Under the pieces are notes generated by a model, which was given only the letters and a program-made list of their open reading frames with translations, ran no database searches and was not told the DNA's origin. 64,000 nucleotides of DNA, from NCBI RefSeq assembly GCF_006345805.1, contig NC_043005.1, forward strand, positions 18,972,001-19,036,000, given 5' to 3'. Within the stretch, counting starts at the first letter, position 1. Every line of letters starts with the position of its first letter. This DNA comes from Octopus sinensis. Taxonomy: Eukaryota. Below are positions 40,504 through 55,380 of the stretch, in pieces. A program made the translations under genes and the position numbers.

Positions 40504-41714
40504 TAAAGGGATGAAATTATATATAGTTATACTTTAGAGAAAGGTTTTAGTAAATAATGTCTGCTTTCGCTTATTCCTATAGCTTTTCGGAAACTAGAAC
40601 ATTTCTTTGTGATACAAAACAAATATAACACATCTCAATAATACTAAAACTCTAGAGATGTTTGCGTGTACTTGAAATATCTCAGAAATAGTATATTTTA
40701 TCTTAATTCTTGTTTGCATATTTAGTTTCATACTTACCCTCGGCAATGCAGTACAAATATTTGTGATACTTGGACTTCTATTTAAACAATTAAACACGAT
40801 TTTTGTTTGTTATTTCTTGCCGAAAAAAGAAATGGCTTCTGTGACGTCAACACACATACACACATATAGAATACACATGCATATAATGATTGTCATGGCG
40901 TGTCAATCAACACAAACACGCGCACGCTATCTGTGACATATACACACACATTGACTTCGTGCTCTCTAAGAAAGAAAACGTCGACTTTGTGACGTACACA
41001 ACATTTTAATCATTTAGAAATGTCTTTAACTGAATTTGATTTCGTTAATTTCCATATTTTTTCATTATTTACTTTTGTTTTAAAGTGAAAGAGGGGAAAA
41101 GTGAAAGATGAATATACGTGTATAGAAATGGACGTGTGTGTGTGAAATAGAAAGAGAGAGAAAAAGAAAGAGAGGGAGAGAGAAAGAGAAAGAGAGAGGG
41201 AAAGAGAGATAGAAAGAAAGAGAGAGAGAGGAAGATAGGAAAAGAGTGAGAGAAAGAGAGAGAGTGAAGGTGTGTGTTGTCATGTATACGTACATACATC
41301 AAGACATATGCGTCCATCTTTTTTGTATGTACGTTTGTATGTGTGTGTGAGAGAGAGAGAGAGAGTGGGGGGGTGAAAGTGTATGTTCTCATGTATGTGT
41401 GAGCGGCTTTCTCTCTGTCTGTCTGTCTCTCTTTCTCTCTCTTTCTCTCTCTCTCTCTCTCTTTCTCTCACACACACACACACAAACTCACGTCCATTTC
41501 ATAAACGCGTTCATACATCCTTCACGTTCTCCTCTCTTTCACCTTAAAACAAAAGTGACAGGTGATTTTTCAGGATAAAAATTGTTAAAAAGAAAAAAAT
41601 TGATTACTAATGTTTGGATAGTTCCAATTAAATAAATCCAGAAGTTAGGTTAAATATACATACATGCATAAGTACCATGAATTCCCATTCTACAAACTGG
41701 CAAACACTTTTGTT

Positions 41715-41750
41715 AATACCTTTACGGGCAACGCTGGGTAATAAGTCTAG
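41715..41750 (+). mobile_element. Helitron-type 3' terminus
   Basis: ACGGGCAACGCTGGGT imperfect hairpin, then CTAG|T at 41747-41751; parallels 61044-61072; 5' end not located. Confidence 0.55.
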
Positions 41751-41931
41751 TAACAATTAAAATCTTTTTCCTACGAATACTACGTATAAGCGATATATTA
41801 TATATATATATATTATATATATATTATATATATTAATATATATCTATATATATATATATATAGCTATATATATAAGATATATATAAATATATGAAAGAAT
41901 GGAGTTGAACGACGAATTAACAAATTTTTTA

Positions 41932-42009
41932 TTTCGACATATGTTCGAAGGCTGCATATTCCTAATGCGAAGGAATAAGGAGTACATTATGCCGCTCTCA
42001 TCAGGAAAA
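41932..42009 (-). ncRNA. Hammerhead motif homologous to 32461-32558
   Basis: UUUC-CUGAUGA-GAG(C)GGC(...)GCCUUC-GAAC-AUAU-GUC-GAAA; one A of GAAA missing; palindrome ACAUAUGU. Confidence 0.72.
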
Positions 42010-42128
42010 GCAAGGAACTTATGTCAACATCAAGATGCACAAAAATGTGAATTTGCTACCCAGGTATCGGTTAACCGAATTATCCTAAACAAGATAATTC
42101 ATTCAAAACTACTCAAAATTATATATAA

Positions 42129-42173
<45 letters not shown>

Positions 42174-42320
42174 CATAATTTTTATAGTATTTTAATATAA
42201 TTTTTACATAATTTTTATGGCGAAAAATGCGAGCGATGTATAAGTACGCAGGCAAGCAGAGTTATAACAGAGTAATTTCCCTTTATTTAACGGTATTTTT
42301 TCATACCGTTTTCAAATAGC

Positions 42321-42383
42321 AGATAACCGAAGAGATGGTGTTGTGGATTTCCACTTCGGCATCTGAAACTCAGAGTTTTATCT
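42321..42383 (+). ncRNA. Hammerhead-like motif, CCGAAGA core variant
   Basis: AGAUAA-CCGAAGA-GAUG(...)CAUC-U-GAAAC-UCAGA-GUU-UUAUCU; 6-bp stem I. Confidence 0.68.
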
Positions 42384-43050
42384 TGACATACCGAGTAATG
42401 TAACATATTGTATATATATATATATATATAATATATATATATGTTGCTCAAGCTACACCCTTATATATTAGATGAAATGTAATTAAGTTTTGCATTCGTA
42501 TACCAATAGTTAATTATACATACATCTTCGCTAGTCCAATAAATATATAAATCATTAAAGGAAAAAGAGATGAATAAAATATTATTAGCATAGATATATA
42601 TCTTATTAAATATATAACAGATTTTATAAAATAGGAAGCGGGAATAAAATAAATCATTTCGCAGTCCATCAATCATACATTTGCAGACTTTCCTTTAAGC
42701 ATAAATATTTGAAAGCTTTGACGTTGGACAATACGATAAGTATGTAAACATATTCATTGCATGCTTTCCACTACGAAAAAAGGAGGGCTGGTATTTCTGA
42801 TGGACACTATCGTAGTTTATTGACATCTCTTTCCCATCGGACGAACCACATTCGATTTCCTTCCAACTACACTTTAGAATGTTCACTTGATATATAAATA
42901 TACAAAGCAGACATATATTAAGCTTCCACTGCAGTAGTTAGTTTACTTTCAATATTTTCGCTTCAGACGGCTTGACATTAAGTAAATAATATAAATTTAT
43001 GCATAACTGAGCGTGGAATTAGTAAAAGTGGTATTGCAGATGCTTATATG

Positions 43051-43125
<75 letters not shown>

Positions 43126-43288
43126 TTACGCAGATTTAGATATATAGAGAGAGCATATACGTGTATTCATATATTATATATACATACAATACATATACAT
43201 ACATACATACATACATACATACTACAACATACATACATATACATATATACATATTCATATACATTTACATATACATATACATATATAT

Positions 43289-43565
43289 AGTGAGTTCCAT
43301 TTCCGAACCGGGCTGTGTGTTGTGTTCTTGAGCAAGACACTTTATTTCACGTTGCTCCAGTTCACTCAGCTGTAGAAACGAGTTGCGGCGCCACTGGTGT
43401 TGGCCTTTGCATTTCCCTTAGATAACACGAGTGGCATAGAGAGGGGGAAATTATGTGCATAACGCAATTTCTGGTCTTTCATAAACAACCTTCTCCGGAC
43501 CCGTGTTTCGGTGGAGAACTTTCTATGTGCAAACCCAAAGTTATTCGTGGTTGATGGCGGCCTTT
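43289..43565 (+). mobile_element. 5'-truncated SINE, head C + tail 3
   Basis: Match to 22093-22400. Confidence 0.8.
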
Positions 43566-43613
43566 ACCTCTTTATACATATACATACATATATATATATA
43601 CACACATACATAC

Positions 43614-43656
<43 letters not shown>

Positions 43657-43699
43657 ATATATATATTTGTACTGCAATATATATATATTATATGTATAG

Positions 43700-43733
<34 letters not shown>

Positions 43734-44915
43734 ATCCATATATACTCTAGTGTACCATTTTCCCTCTTCCCTAATGTATCCTTTTGTCGCTGTGCGTAGC
43801 GTCTATGCCTGTGTGTCATATTAGGTATATTTACCCAGAATCGTTTACGATACTGTCTGATGCTTTTAACATTCAGTGTGTTTGCTCAACATCAATCTAT
43901 TTGCAGTCCTGAAATACATATATTCTTATTCACTTCCTAGCAGACCCAACATCAAAAGGAGGCGTTAAAAATAATAGCGAAAGTATACAAAACTAATGGT
44001 AACTTTCTCGAAAATAAACATTATACTGTTTGATGATAGATTATTGACATCTTTTTTCTTTTTTTTTTTTTGCTTTCAGTCATCTATTAAAAGAAAAAAA
44101 ATACCAAGAAAGTAACTTATGTTGTTTCAATCAAACTTCAACACAAGACTTGTGAAATGAAGCAAATGTTGAAAGAAAAAATGGCGTTTATTTTTTGATA
44201 AACATGCTTGATTTTTTTTTCTTTTTGTGGGGGAAAAATGGCTTTCGGTAAATAATGATTTGGGTAAAAACAAAAATAATAAATGAAGTTTAAGAGCAAA
44301 ATTCGTGTAAGACAAGACAAAATGTTATGCTTTGAATTGAAATATCTATCATAACATCGGTTCGTAGTGATAACATAAAACTTTTTTTGGTGTCTCACAC
44401 TATATTTGTACTTTCTTCAATGGCTGAGACAGCTGGTTGTGATGTGATGAGGGAGAATTAAGGTTTAATACTATTGACAAGTAAATAAGCCTAGGATTGA
44501 GAAACCGAGGCTCAAGTTTCATCTAATGTATGATTCGAGAACAGAGTCCATTAAAAAATTTATTATTTTCTTTTTGTTTTAAAATCATACACAATTGCGT
44601 CCGAAAAAGGAGGAGCATTGCATAAACTGTGCCAGTGATTGGGTAGTGCACCTATCCATTTCCCGATTTAAAACCACATCTAGTCCTTAGATGGTTTTAA
44701 CAGAGTCCATCCTATTGAAAGCATCCATGTCAGATCTCTTCCTTACCACCAGGAGATTTAGTTCTCCTTTTTATGATCTTAGACGCGTCCTTTCTCTTCT
44801 GACTAAGCTATAGAAAAGAATGATGCCCTGGTCTATGCAAATTACTTTACTCGAGAGAAAAGATTTGTACTTATTTTGCAAGTCAGTAAATTACAATAAT
44901 TAGTTCCATAATACT

Positions 44916-45513
44916 TACTTCTTTATTGCCCACAAGGGGCTAAACATAGAGGGGACAAACAAGAACAGACAAACGGATTAAGTGGATTGAGACCCCAGGA
45001 TGCAACTGGTACTTATTCAATCGACCCCGAAAGGGTAAAAGGCAAAGTCGACCTCGGCGGAATTTGAACTCAGTACGTAGTGGCAGACGAAATACCTATT
45101 TCTTTACTACCCACAAGGGGCTAAACACAGAAAGGACAAACAAGGACAGACAAACGTATTAAGTCGATTATATTGACCTCAGTACGCAACTGGTACTTAT
45201 TTAATCGACCCCGAAAGGATGAAAGGCAAAGTCGAACTCGGCGGAATTTGAACTCAGAACGTAGCGGCAGACGAAATACCTATTTCTTTACTACCCACAA
45301 CGGGCTAAATACAGAGGGAACAAACAAGTACAGACATACGGATTAAGTCGATTACATCGACACCAGTGCGTAAAAGGTACTTATTTAATCGACCCCGAAA
45401 GGATGAAAGGCAAAGTCGACCTCGGCGGAATTTGAACTCAGAACGTAGCGGCAGACGAAATACTGCTAAACATTTCGCCCGGCGTGCTAACGCTTCTGCC
45501 AACTCGCCGCCTT
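44916..45513 (-). mobile_element. Head-to-tail trimer of SINE D
   Basis: One full unit (45281-45513) followed by two approximately 183-bp units truncated at the same point. Confidence 0.92.
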
Positions 45514-46003
45514 AGCTGTTGTTACGATACGAACATACAACTGATTATTTATTGCACCTCCTATTCAAACATGCTCAAGAGCCCAGAATTAAATATACTA
45601 CTATATTATAACATTTATAAAACACAATAGAGCTTATGGTTGTCAGAAAGTTTATCTCAATCCGTCAGGTCCACTTTGCCTTTCGTCATTCCGGGATCGA
45701 TGAATAAAAACCAATCACGGGCGATGAACTGGCGCAATTCTTAGAATGTCGAATGCCGTAACTTACAGTCATTGTTCTAGTTTGTAGAGAACTGAGTTCA
45801 AATTCTATTAAAGTTTAGATAACTTGAACTGATAACTTGACCAAAGGAATACTCTGTCAAATCTGCAATTATTAAAGGGAATGAGTAAAACACATATATA
45901 TATATATATATAGGGAGAGTTTACGAAAAAAAACAAAAGACGAAGACAGGTGGTGTACAAAACAAAAAGATGTATTAGTATAACGCTCAGGAATAGAAAA
46001 AGT

Positions 46004-46039
46004 CTTTTACGTTTCGAGCCTACGCTCTTCTACAGAAAG
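46004..46039 (-). ncRNA. Minimal hammerhead-like motif with altered core (CUGUAGA)
   Basis: CUUU-CUGUAGA-A-GAGC(GUAG)GCUC-GAAAC-GUA-AAAG; element runs into (TA)n near 45912. Confidence 0.62.
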
Positions 46040-46564
46040 GGGTACCGAAAAAAACAAGGAGAGAAAAAAATGTGTGTAGTGGCTAACGATCTAGCATGGC
46101 GCTGACTCGAACAGAAGGGTCACACACGAGGGGGAAAGTAGGGGAGATAACAAAGTAAATATGACCCCCAACAAGAAGGTGGGTGCGTGTATAAGAGAGT
46201 ATGTATGTGCGTGTGAAAGAGGCCTGGTGGTCTGGACGTGTGCATGTATATATGTGTAGGAGTGAAAATGAAGAATGCAGGCTAAAAACATTAAGGACTT
46301 CTCATTTTCCTGCGCGTAAACTAAATACACCTTTATTCTTTGCTTCTTTTATCACGTCTTCGTGTTTTGTTTTGTATCATTTTAAGAGGTGTAGGTTCGA
46401 TTCTCACGCATACTAATACCCACTTGTTTCCGACGAGGGCTTATATGCCCCAATATTAGACTATTTTCTTAAAGTCATACACGGTGTACGCTACTAAACT
46501 TTAAGATTATAATGATATATTATTTACAGAATTTTCACTCGTTACCGTTTCTTAATTTAATGCA

Positions 46565-46610
<46 letters not shown>

Positions 46611-47839
46611 TATATATATTATATAGTTCTCTGGTTAATCTACCTGTTCGAATCGCACCTGTGTTGACAATGTATATGAAAGTAATTCCGGAAAACTTCA
46701 GTTTATTCAATTGACTATGCACCCTCTGCCGCTATAAAATTTCATGTGGTACCTTATTAAATAAAATCAATTTCTTTAGTGAACAAGAAACCGACTGACT
46801 AAAGAGAATTACGCACAAAAGAAATTACTGTATCTCTTTTAGACTGAGAGCAAAAAAAAATAGAGAGAAAAAGATAAAGAAATCACACGTAATGTCGCCC
46901 ATTGAAGTTGTGTCGTCTGCACAATTGAAACGATAACTAAACCGAGGCTGACTTGAAAGACATTATACAAAAAGAAGGAATCAGTTAAAGTTAATCGATA
47001 ATTTGATAAGCCTTAGTGAATTTAAGAAACACAAGAAAGAGACAAAGGGATGAAAGTCGAACAGAAGAGATATTTTCCTGAAAAATAAAATTTCTTTAAC
47101 AATCCAAACGACTTTTATTTTTCTTTTGTTTTATTTATTTAATCTTTTTTCTATTATTTAACTGCGCATTATTTATTTCATCCAGCAGTTTCGTTAGCTT
47201 TATTTTTTCTGCTAAAGAATTCAAAATGAATGAAAATGGAACATCCAAGATAGCATTTACTAAAACTTGGTAGCATATTGCCTGATTCGTCGCTAAACTC
47301 TAGCGCCCTGTCCTCGTCCCCCCCCCCTTCTTTCTTATACTTTCTTCCTATCCTCTCATTCTTTCTCCCTCTTTCCTTTTCTCTCATCCTAGTTCTCTCT
47401 TCATTTTGTCTTTCTCGTTCTTACCCCCTCTCTCTCTCGCTCTCATGCATACACACAAAGCTTCTAGAATTATCGATTTAGTCAGCGACAAACATCACAA
47501 GAAACCACCACCACCGAATCCACCACCGCCGCCACCACCACCACCCTCTGCTCTCTCAGTCATCGCCGAACACACATTTCACAGTTTGTTATTTAGATTC
47601 CAGTATATATGAAGCTGAACATTCGCTGATAAACAACGTCACCGTAAGGGCATTCATTTGTAAACGCACAGTCATACACACACACACACACACACCACAC
47701 ACATACACGCGCGCACACACACACACACACACCACACACACACACACACACACTACACACACACACACATGCACACACACACACTCAGAAACAAATACAG
47801 CTGACACGTTGCGATAGTTCCTCTCTCTCTCTCTCTCAG

Positions 47840-47897
47840 ATCTGGCTATTATATCAAAGGCTGGTGACTACAATGCTGATGAGGATGGCTGAAGCGG
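47840..47897 (+). CDS. Candidate first coding exon (M-A-E-A...) of an unidentified gene
   Basis: (CT)n-CAG acceptor at 47838-47839; aggATGG context; GTGAGG donor at 47898; upstream GTAAGG donor at 47644. Confidence 0.33.
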
Positions 47898-48064
47898 GTG
47901 AGGAGGATGACGAGTAGGAGACAATGGCAACGTTTTTTAATTACAATAACAATGATTTCCATAAAACAACACGAAGAACCACAAGTTAAAGAACATGTGG
48001 ATCAAACATATCGTCTCTGGTTGCTCGAGCCTAACCAAATTAAAACGTGTGTATGCGTGTGTGT

Positions 48065-49985
<1,921 letters not shown>

Positions 49986-50100
49986 GAAAAAAATCGATCC
50001 CTGTATTTATTTTTGAGGACTGACATTTATTCTATTGGTTTCTTATTCCGAAACGTTAATTTAGGTGGATGGACAAAAACCAACACCGATTATATCTATA

Positions 50101-50333
50101 TTTATTTCTTTATTGCCCACAGGGAGCTAAACACAGAGGAGACAAACAAGAACAAACAAAGGGATTAAGGCGATTACATCGACCACAGTGCGTAACTGGT
50201 ACTTATTTAATCGACCCCTAAAGGATGAAAGGCAAAATCGACCTCGACGGAATTTGAACTCAGAACGTAAAGACGGATGAAATGCCGCTAAGCATTTTGC
50301 CCGGCGTGCTAACGCTTCTGACAGCTCGCCGCC
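50101..50333 (-). mobile_element. SINE D, full length
   Basis: GGCGGCGAGCTGTCAGAAGCGTTAGC head to GTGGGCAATAAAGAAATA tail. Confidence 0.9.
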
Positions 50334-50374
50334 CTGTTTATACGTATACTGAAAGTAAGGCGTGGGTTATGTGG

Positions 50375-51720
50375 TAAAAAGCCTTCTTCCGGTTTATCGA
50401 TTTGATTCTGTGTTGTCTGAGGAAGAAATGGTAAAATGTTTGAAGAAAACTGATGAATTAATGGAAACAAATAATTATGCAGAGGCGACGAAAGATAAAA
50501 GCGAAGACGTGAAGCTGGAGGAACTGAGTAAGTTCAAGGGAATAATTAAAAAGGAGGAGAACAAAGTGAAGATTTTCCTCACTTCCCGAAGAAGTTTTAA
50601 AAGAAAAAAATGAGAAAAATTTACAGAACATGCTCGGTAGCAGTCAGGAAGATAAAAGTCATGTCAACGGCTCAAATAAAAAAGGCACTTAAACCAATCT
50701 GGCAGAGAATTTCCTACCTTGCCAGAGGAAGAAAATTTGGAACAGTGGGAGGGCATTTTTGAGAGGTTGCTACCGCCAGGCTTCACTCAGAAACACCGTT
50801 GAGAACTGACGAAATGGTGCTTCTAGCTTCATACCTTGGGAGACGTACTTCCAAGGTTAGGGTAGAAGACATACCCCCAGAAGCGGATGTAGCCTGGCTG
50901 GTGGCTGCCAAACTGCTAGGCATGGAGAAGGTGGTGGTCCTCTAGGCCACCAGAACACCCCCACAGGAACTGGCAAGGGTAAAGCCTGGAGATGGTAGTA
51001 CAGGTATCCTCGGAAGTTATCGAAAGTATGGTGGAGACCATTACGGTCGCAGACGTGACACTGAAAGTCAGAGTGGAAGGGATAATTCCGCGGTGCTATA
51101 AATGTAGCCTGAAAGGCCATATTGGAGCGGATTGTCCTCCACAACCTGTGAATGCAAAGGAAAGGCAAGAGAGAGAGAAAGTGGTTGGTGTCCCACTGCC
51201 CTGAGGAAAAGAACGAGGAGAGAGAAGCGGAACCACGGACAAAGACCATTACCAGCGTCGAAGAAGAGGAGGTGGACAATGAATGGGAAACAGCTGGGAA
51301 AAAGGAAGAGGAAAAGGTATACCATCTGTAAAGGACGACCCCCATCCCACACCTACCCGACTCCCACCCACACCCACTTTACCCCAACCACTCTCTACAG
51401 ACACCAGCCTTCTCCATGCCCCACCTGGCGTGAAGACAAACACAAGCATACACGAGCCCCAAATTTCCACACCCTCGCCCGGTAAGGAAAAATATGCTAT
51501 ACTGTACGATGGAGAAAATGAAAAACTTTATTATGAGATAGTGGATATAACAGGAGTAAAGGGTCGCCCGGGTACATGTGCTGTGTGATGGCACACCCGG
51601 AGTATCTTTCGAGATTAAAGGATTATGAGGAAGACTTTGACTACGAATGGATGGGTCAAGAAAATAGACACCAGAACAATGCCAGAACGGATAAGCTGTT
51701 TTGATATTCTAAAGAAATAT
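50375..51720 (+). mobile_element. Frameshifted gag-like ORF1 of a non-LTR retrotransposon; no ORF2 seen
   Basis: LKVRVEGIIPRCYKCSLKGHIGADCPP (CX2CX4HX4C); upstream SKVRVEDIPPE; downstream charged and Pro-rich segments. Confidence 0.7.
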
Positions 51721-51949
51721 TATATGAACATACTGCGTAAAAATGAAAATTAGCTGTTGCAAATGGTGTTTTAAATACTATTGTAAACTAGTGTCTTAAA
51801 AAAGAAGTTGTATTAATAGGTTCAACGGCTTCATTCCATTTTTTCATTATATTTAATTCATCTTTCCCATATCGTTTTCTTTTTTTTTTCTTTTTGTCCC
51901 TACCTTGTGTTCTCCCGTCTATGTACGGCTTTCGTGGCCAATTTCATAA

Positions 51950-52113
51950 AAGACAGAAGCTTGCATTCCAACCACATGGTTCGGGGTTCAGTCCCACTGC
52001 GTGACACCGTGGGCAGGTATCCTCTATAATAGCCTCGGGCCAACCAAAGCTTTGTGAATTGATATAGCAGACGGAAACTAAAAGAACCCTTGATGTACAT
52101 ATATAGATATATA

Positions 52114-52154
<41 letters not shown>

Positions 52155-53074
52155 TTCAGCAAAAATTTAGATTCAAATGAATATGGTACTTAATTTAGAT
52201 GCATCAGAATTCTGAATGGTGTTATCCATAAAAATCCGTGGGATGATTATAATCAAAATAAGCAGCAAGAATGACTCCGGTAATTTGGTACGATCGTTTC
52301 GTACTACATCATTTTATTAAATGTTGTAAGTATTACAACAGTTTTAAAATGCTGAGCACTCATCAGCCAATTATAGAGGTTTTCCATTAATACAAAAATT
52401 TTCATATCAAGTGGCAACATTATAGAGAAGGTAGATACATAGACAAATATGTGGATTTAAATTTTAAGAACATTTGAGGAAGTGGAGCCCATCAACTGAC
52501 TGACTAAGATTCAGTTGTTCCAGATTACTGTAAGGTTCTGAGAGGGAAGAACAAATGAAAGGAGACAATAAAGATTTTCTAATTTTAGAAAAGGGGATGT
52601 CATAGCTCCATATAATGAATTTATGTGGAAGACAGCATTGTCACAACTAAATGACAATTACTACTATTTGATGAGCAGATTCGGCGTTAGGAGAACTAGG
52701 TCAATGTCAAATGGTCACAATAACATTCACAGAGAAAGCAGAGACCTTACAAACCCTATGCACATCATCACAACAGTTGGTCTATAAGTTCCAAGTACTT
52801 TGACACGTTAGAATAAAGGAAAAAATATAAATCTAAAATTTATTCAAATTTGGAGAAAGAGACTATCACTTATTATGAGTAGGCATAGTACTTATTAACT
52901 GGGGGGAAAAGCCTTATTAATCAAGTGAACATATTAGGGGTCAAAATATATACTAAGAAAGATGGCAGAGGGAAAAACAAAGGAATATATTCATAGGTTT
53001 AACAGAAGTCGATATCTTATAATATGAAGAGAGGTACCTCTCTTCATACCAAATTACCGGAGTCATTCTTGTTG

Positions 53075-53120
<46 letters not shown>

Positions 53121-53340
53121 CATATGTGTGTGTGTGTCTGTATGTGTCTATATTTGTCCCCCACCGCTTGACAACCAGTGTCGGTGTTTTTACGTCCCCA
53201 TAACTTAGCCGTTCGACAAAAGAACTGAAAGAATAAGTACCCAGCTTAACAAAAGTACTATGGTCGTTTCCATCGATATGAAATTCTTCAAGACAGTAGC
53301 ACAGCATGGCCGCAGAGTAATGCCTGAAACAAGTAAAAAA
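51950..53340 (+). mobile_element. SINE A split by a 0.93-kb HHR-bearing insertion in its internal (TA)n
   Basis: 5' half 51950-52097; (TA)n; insert 52153-53077; (TA)n; 3' half about 53120-53340. Confidence 0.8.
52282..52372 (-). ncRNA. Type-I hammerhead ribozyme motif, canonical core
   Basis: AAUUGG-CUGAUGA-GUGCU(long stem)AGUAC-GAAAC-GAUC-GUA-CCAAAUU; palindrome ACGAUCGU. Confidence 0.85.
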
Positions 53341-53355
53341 TATATCTTTTATTGT

Positions 53356-53387
<32 letters not shown>

Positions 53388-53604
53388 TATATAATATATT
53401 ATATAATATATATATATATATATATATACATATATAATATATAATATATATATAAATTAGAGAAAAACCACTATTATGCAATTCAAACAATGATAAACAT
53501 AAACCAAACCATAAATAAAAAATAAAATATATTTTAAAACAAAGAATTAGATCACAAAAAGTACAAAGGTGAATAAACAATATATAATAAGTAAAAAGAC
53601 TCCG

Positions 53605-53696
53605 TACGTTTCGTGGCTATAATTTAAATTCGAATTACAATTAAAGTTAAATTTAATCGAAAAACAATTCAATTTAAAAGTATACTCACTCTTCAG
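53605..53696 (-). ncRNA. Degenerate hammerhead-like motif
   Basis: CUGAAGA-GUG...CAC-GAAAC-GUA present but stem I does not pair; the element's 3' tail recurs at about 37345-37415 next to (TA)n. Confidence 0.4.
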
Positions 53697-54046
53697 GTTA
53701 ACAATAATAACAATAACAGTTAAATAAATAATCAAATAGAAATAAAATCATGATTGTTCTTATAGAAGAAACATCATTAACTAAGTTTGAAATTTAACAG
53801 CAGGACTAGGTTCCTATAATATATTTATCATGTATTATAATAGAAGATACCTGCCCACGGTGTCACGCAGCGGGACTGAACACGGAACCATGTGGTTAGG
53901 GAGCAAGCTTCTTTCTTTTATGAAATTGGCCACGAAAGCCAAAGAGGGGAGAGCGCGAGGGGGGGAGACAAAAGCAAAAAAGACGAATGGGAAAGATGAA
54001 TTAAATAATTATTTTTATTATCATCATCATCATCATCATCATCATG

Positions 54047-54116
<70 letters not shown>

Positions 54117-54570
54117 TGTATATACGACAGATTTCCATACAGTTTCCAACTAGCAAATTCCCTCGTATGGTTTCGTTGAAGATAAACAGAAGACTAGACC
54201 GATGACTTGCGCATTATGTCTGAACGTGAAACCACTGCTAACTTCTTAACCAAACAGCCACGACTTCACCTATATATAATATATTTACTTCAAAGAAGGT
54301 GAGAAATTGTATTCATCATGTGATTGTGGCACAAATTCTTGAGAAATGCAATTCTTGAAACTATTATTCAATCTCGAAAATATTTAGCAAACTGTTTCTT
54401 GTTAATTACTGTTGGTTCTATATTTGTACGGGAGGTTATCTCGCAATCGCAGAAACGAAATGAAATTAAAATGGAGGGAAAATGGAAAAACAAAAGCCAT
54501 AACGATGAAGTGGTATTTCTGAAATATATACATAAAGGAGAGAAAAATTCAATGAAGATAATGTTTAAAT

Positions 54571-54728
54571 TGTGAGGTATACTAGCCATCTCGATATGGC
54601 TAACCACTAAGGGTGAGTGTTACTGTAGCTTGTAGCCCCAGGAGAACATCGTCTCCAGCTTTAGGCACACTTTCTGTAACACCCACCCTTAGTAGTTAGC
54701 CATATCGAGATGGCTAGTATACCTCACA
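54571..54728. mobile_element. 158-bp MITE-like fold-back element
   Basis: 53-bp terminal inverted repeats with 2 mismatches; no clear target duplication. Confidence 0.75.
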
Positions 54729-54884
54729 TTGTCGTGCAGTTACTGTTTACACCTCGTTCAGAGATTTATTAATGTTTAAATTAAAACCATACAAATCGAA
54801 GAACCATGAGAACCGAGAGATTGTATGTGTGCGTGTGCGTGTGTGAATAGATATGTATTTATATTGTATATTATATATACGTAC

Positions 54885-54951
<67 letters not shown>

Positions 54952-55380
54952 TACACAGACAGACAGACAGACAGAGAAAGATAGCGATAAGAGATGACAG
55001 CGTTGGGGTCTTTCATACAGAAGAATCTATGCCAATTATAACATGTGCCAACAGAAAATGTCTCAGATAATGACACAACTATCATACTCTGGTATATGAT
55101 GCGAATCTTTTCAGACAATAAGATTAAAGAAATATCGACCGGATATTGGTGTCAAGGACCATCAATAAAGGAAGTACTACCTGATCGAACTATTAATCCT
55201 AACATACGATAATGTATCGCTAAAAGTAATGGGGAAAGTATCCAAATATAAAGATCTAGAAATAGATTTCAGTAGAATCTAGGAATGGAAAACAAAACAC
55301 AACTTGTTAATAATAGGTCCCTTGGGTAGGTTATTAAAAAAGCAAGTAGACAAACGATATAACAATTTTCTCGTGACTTA

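Noticed and set aside
44916-45513. Regularly spaced repeats resembling a CRISPR array
   Set aside because: Tandem SINE units with no unique spacers, in eukaryotic context
50447-50475. CTGATGA...GAAAC on the plus strand
   Set aside because: No stems and no NUH site; lies in ORF1 coding sequence
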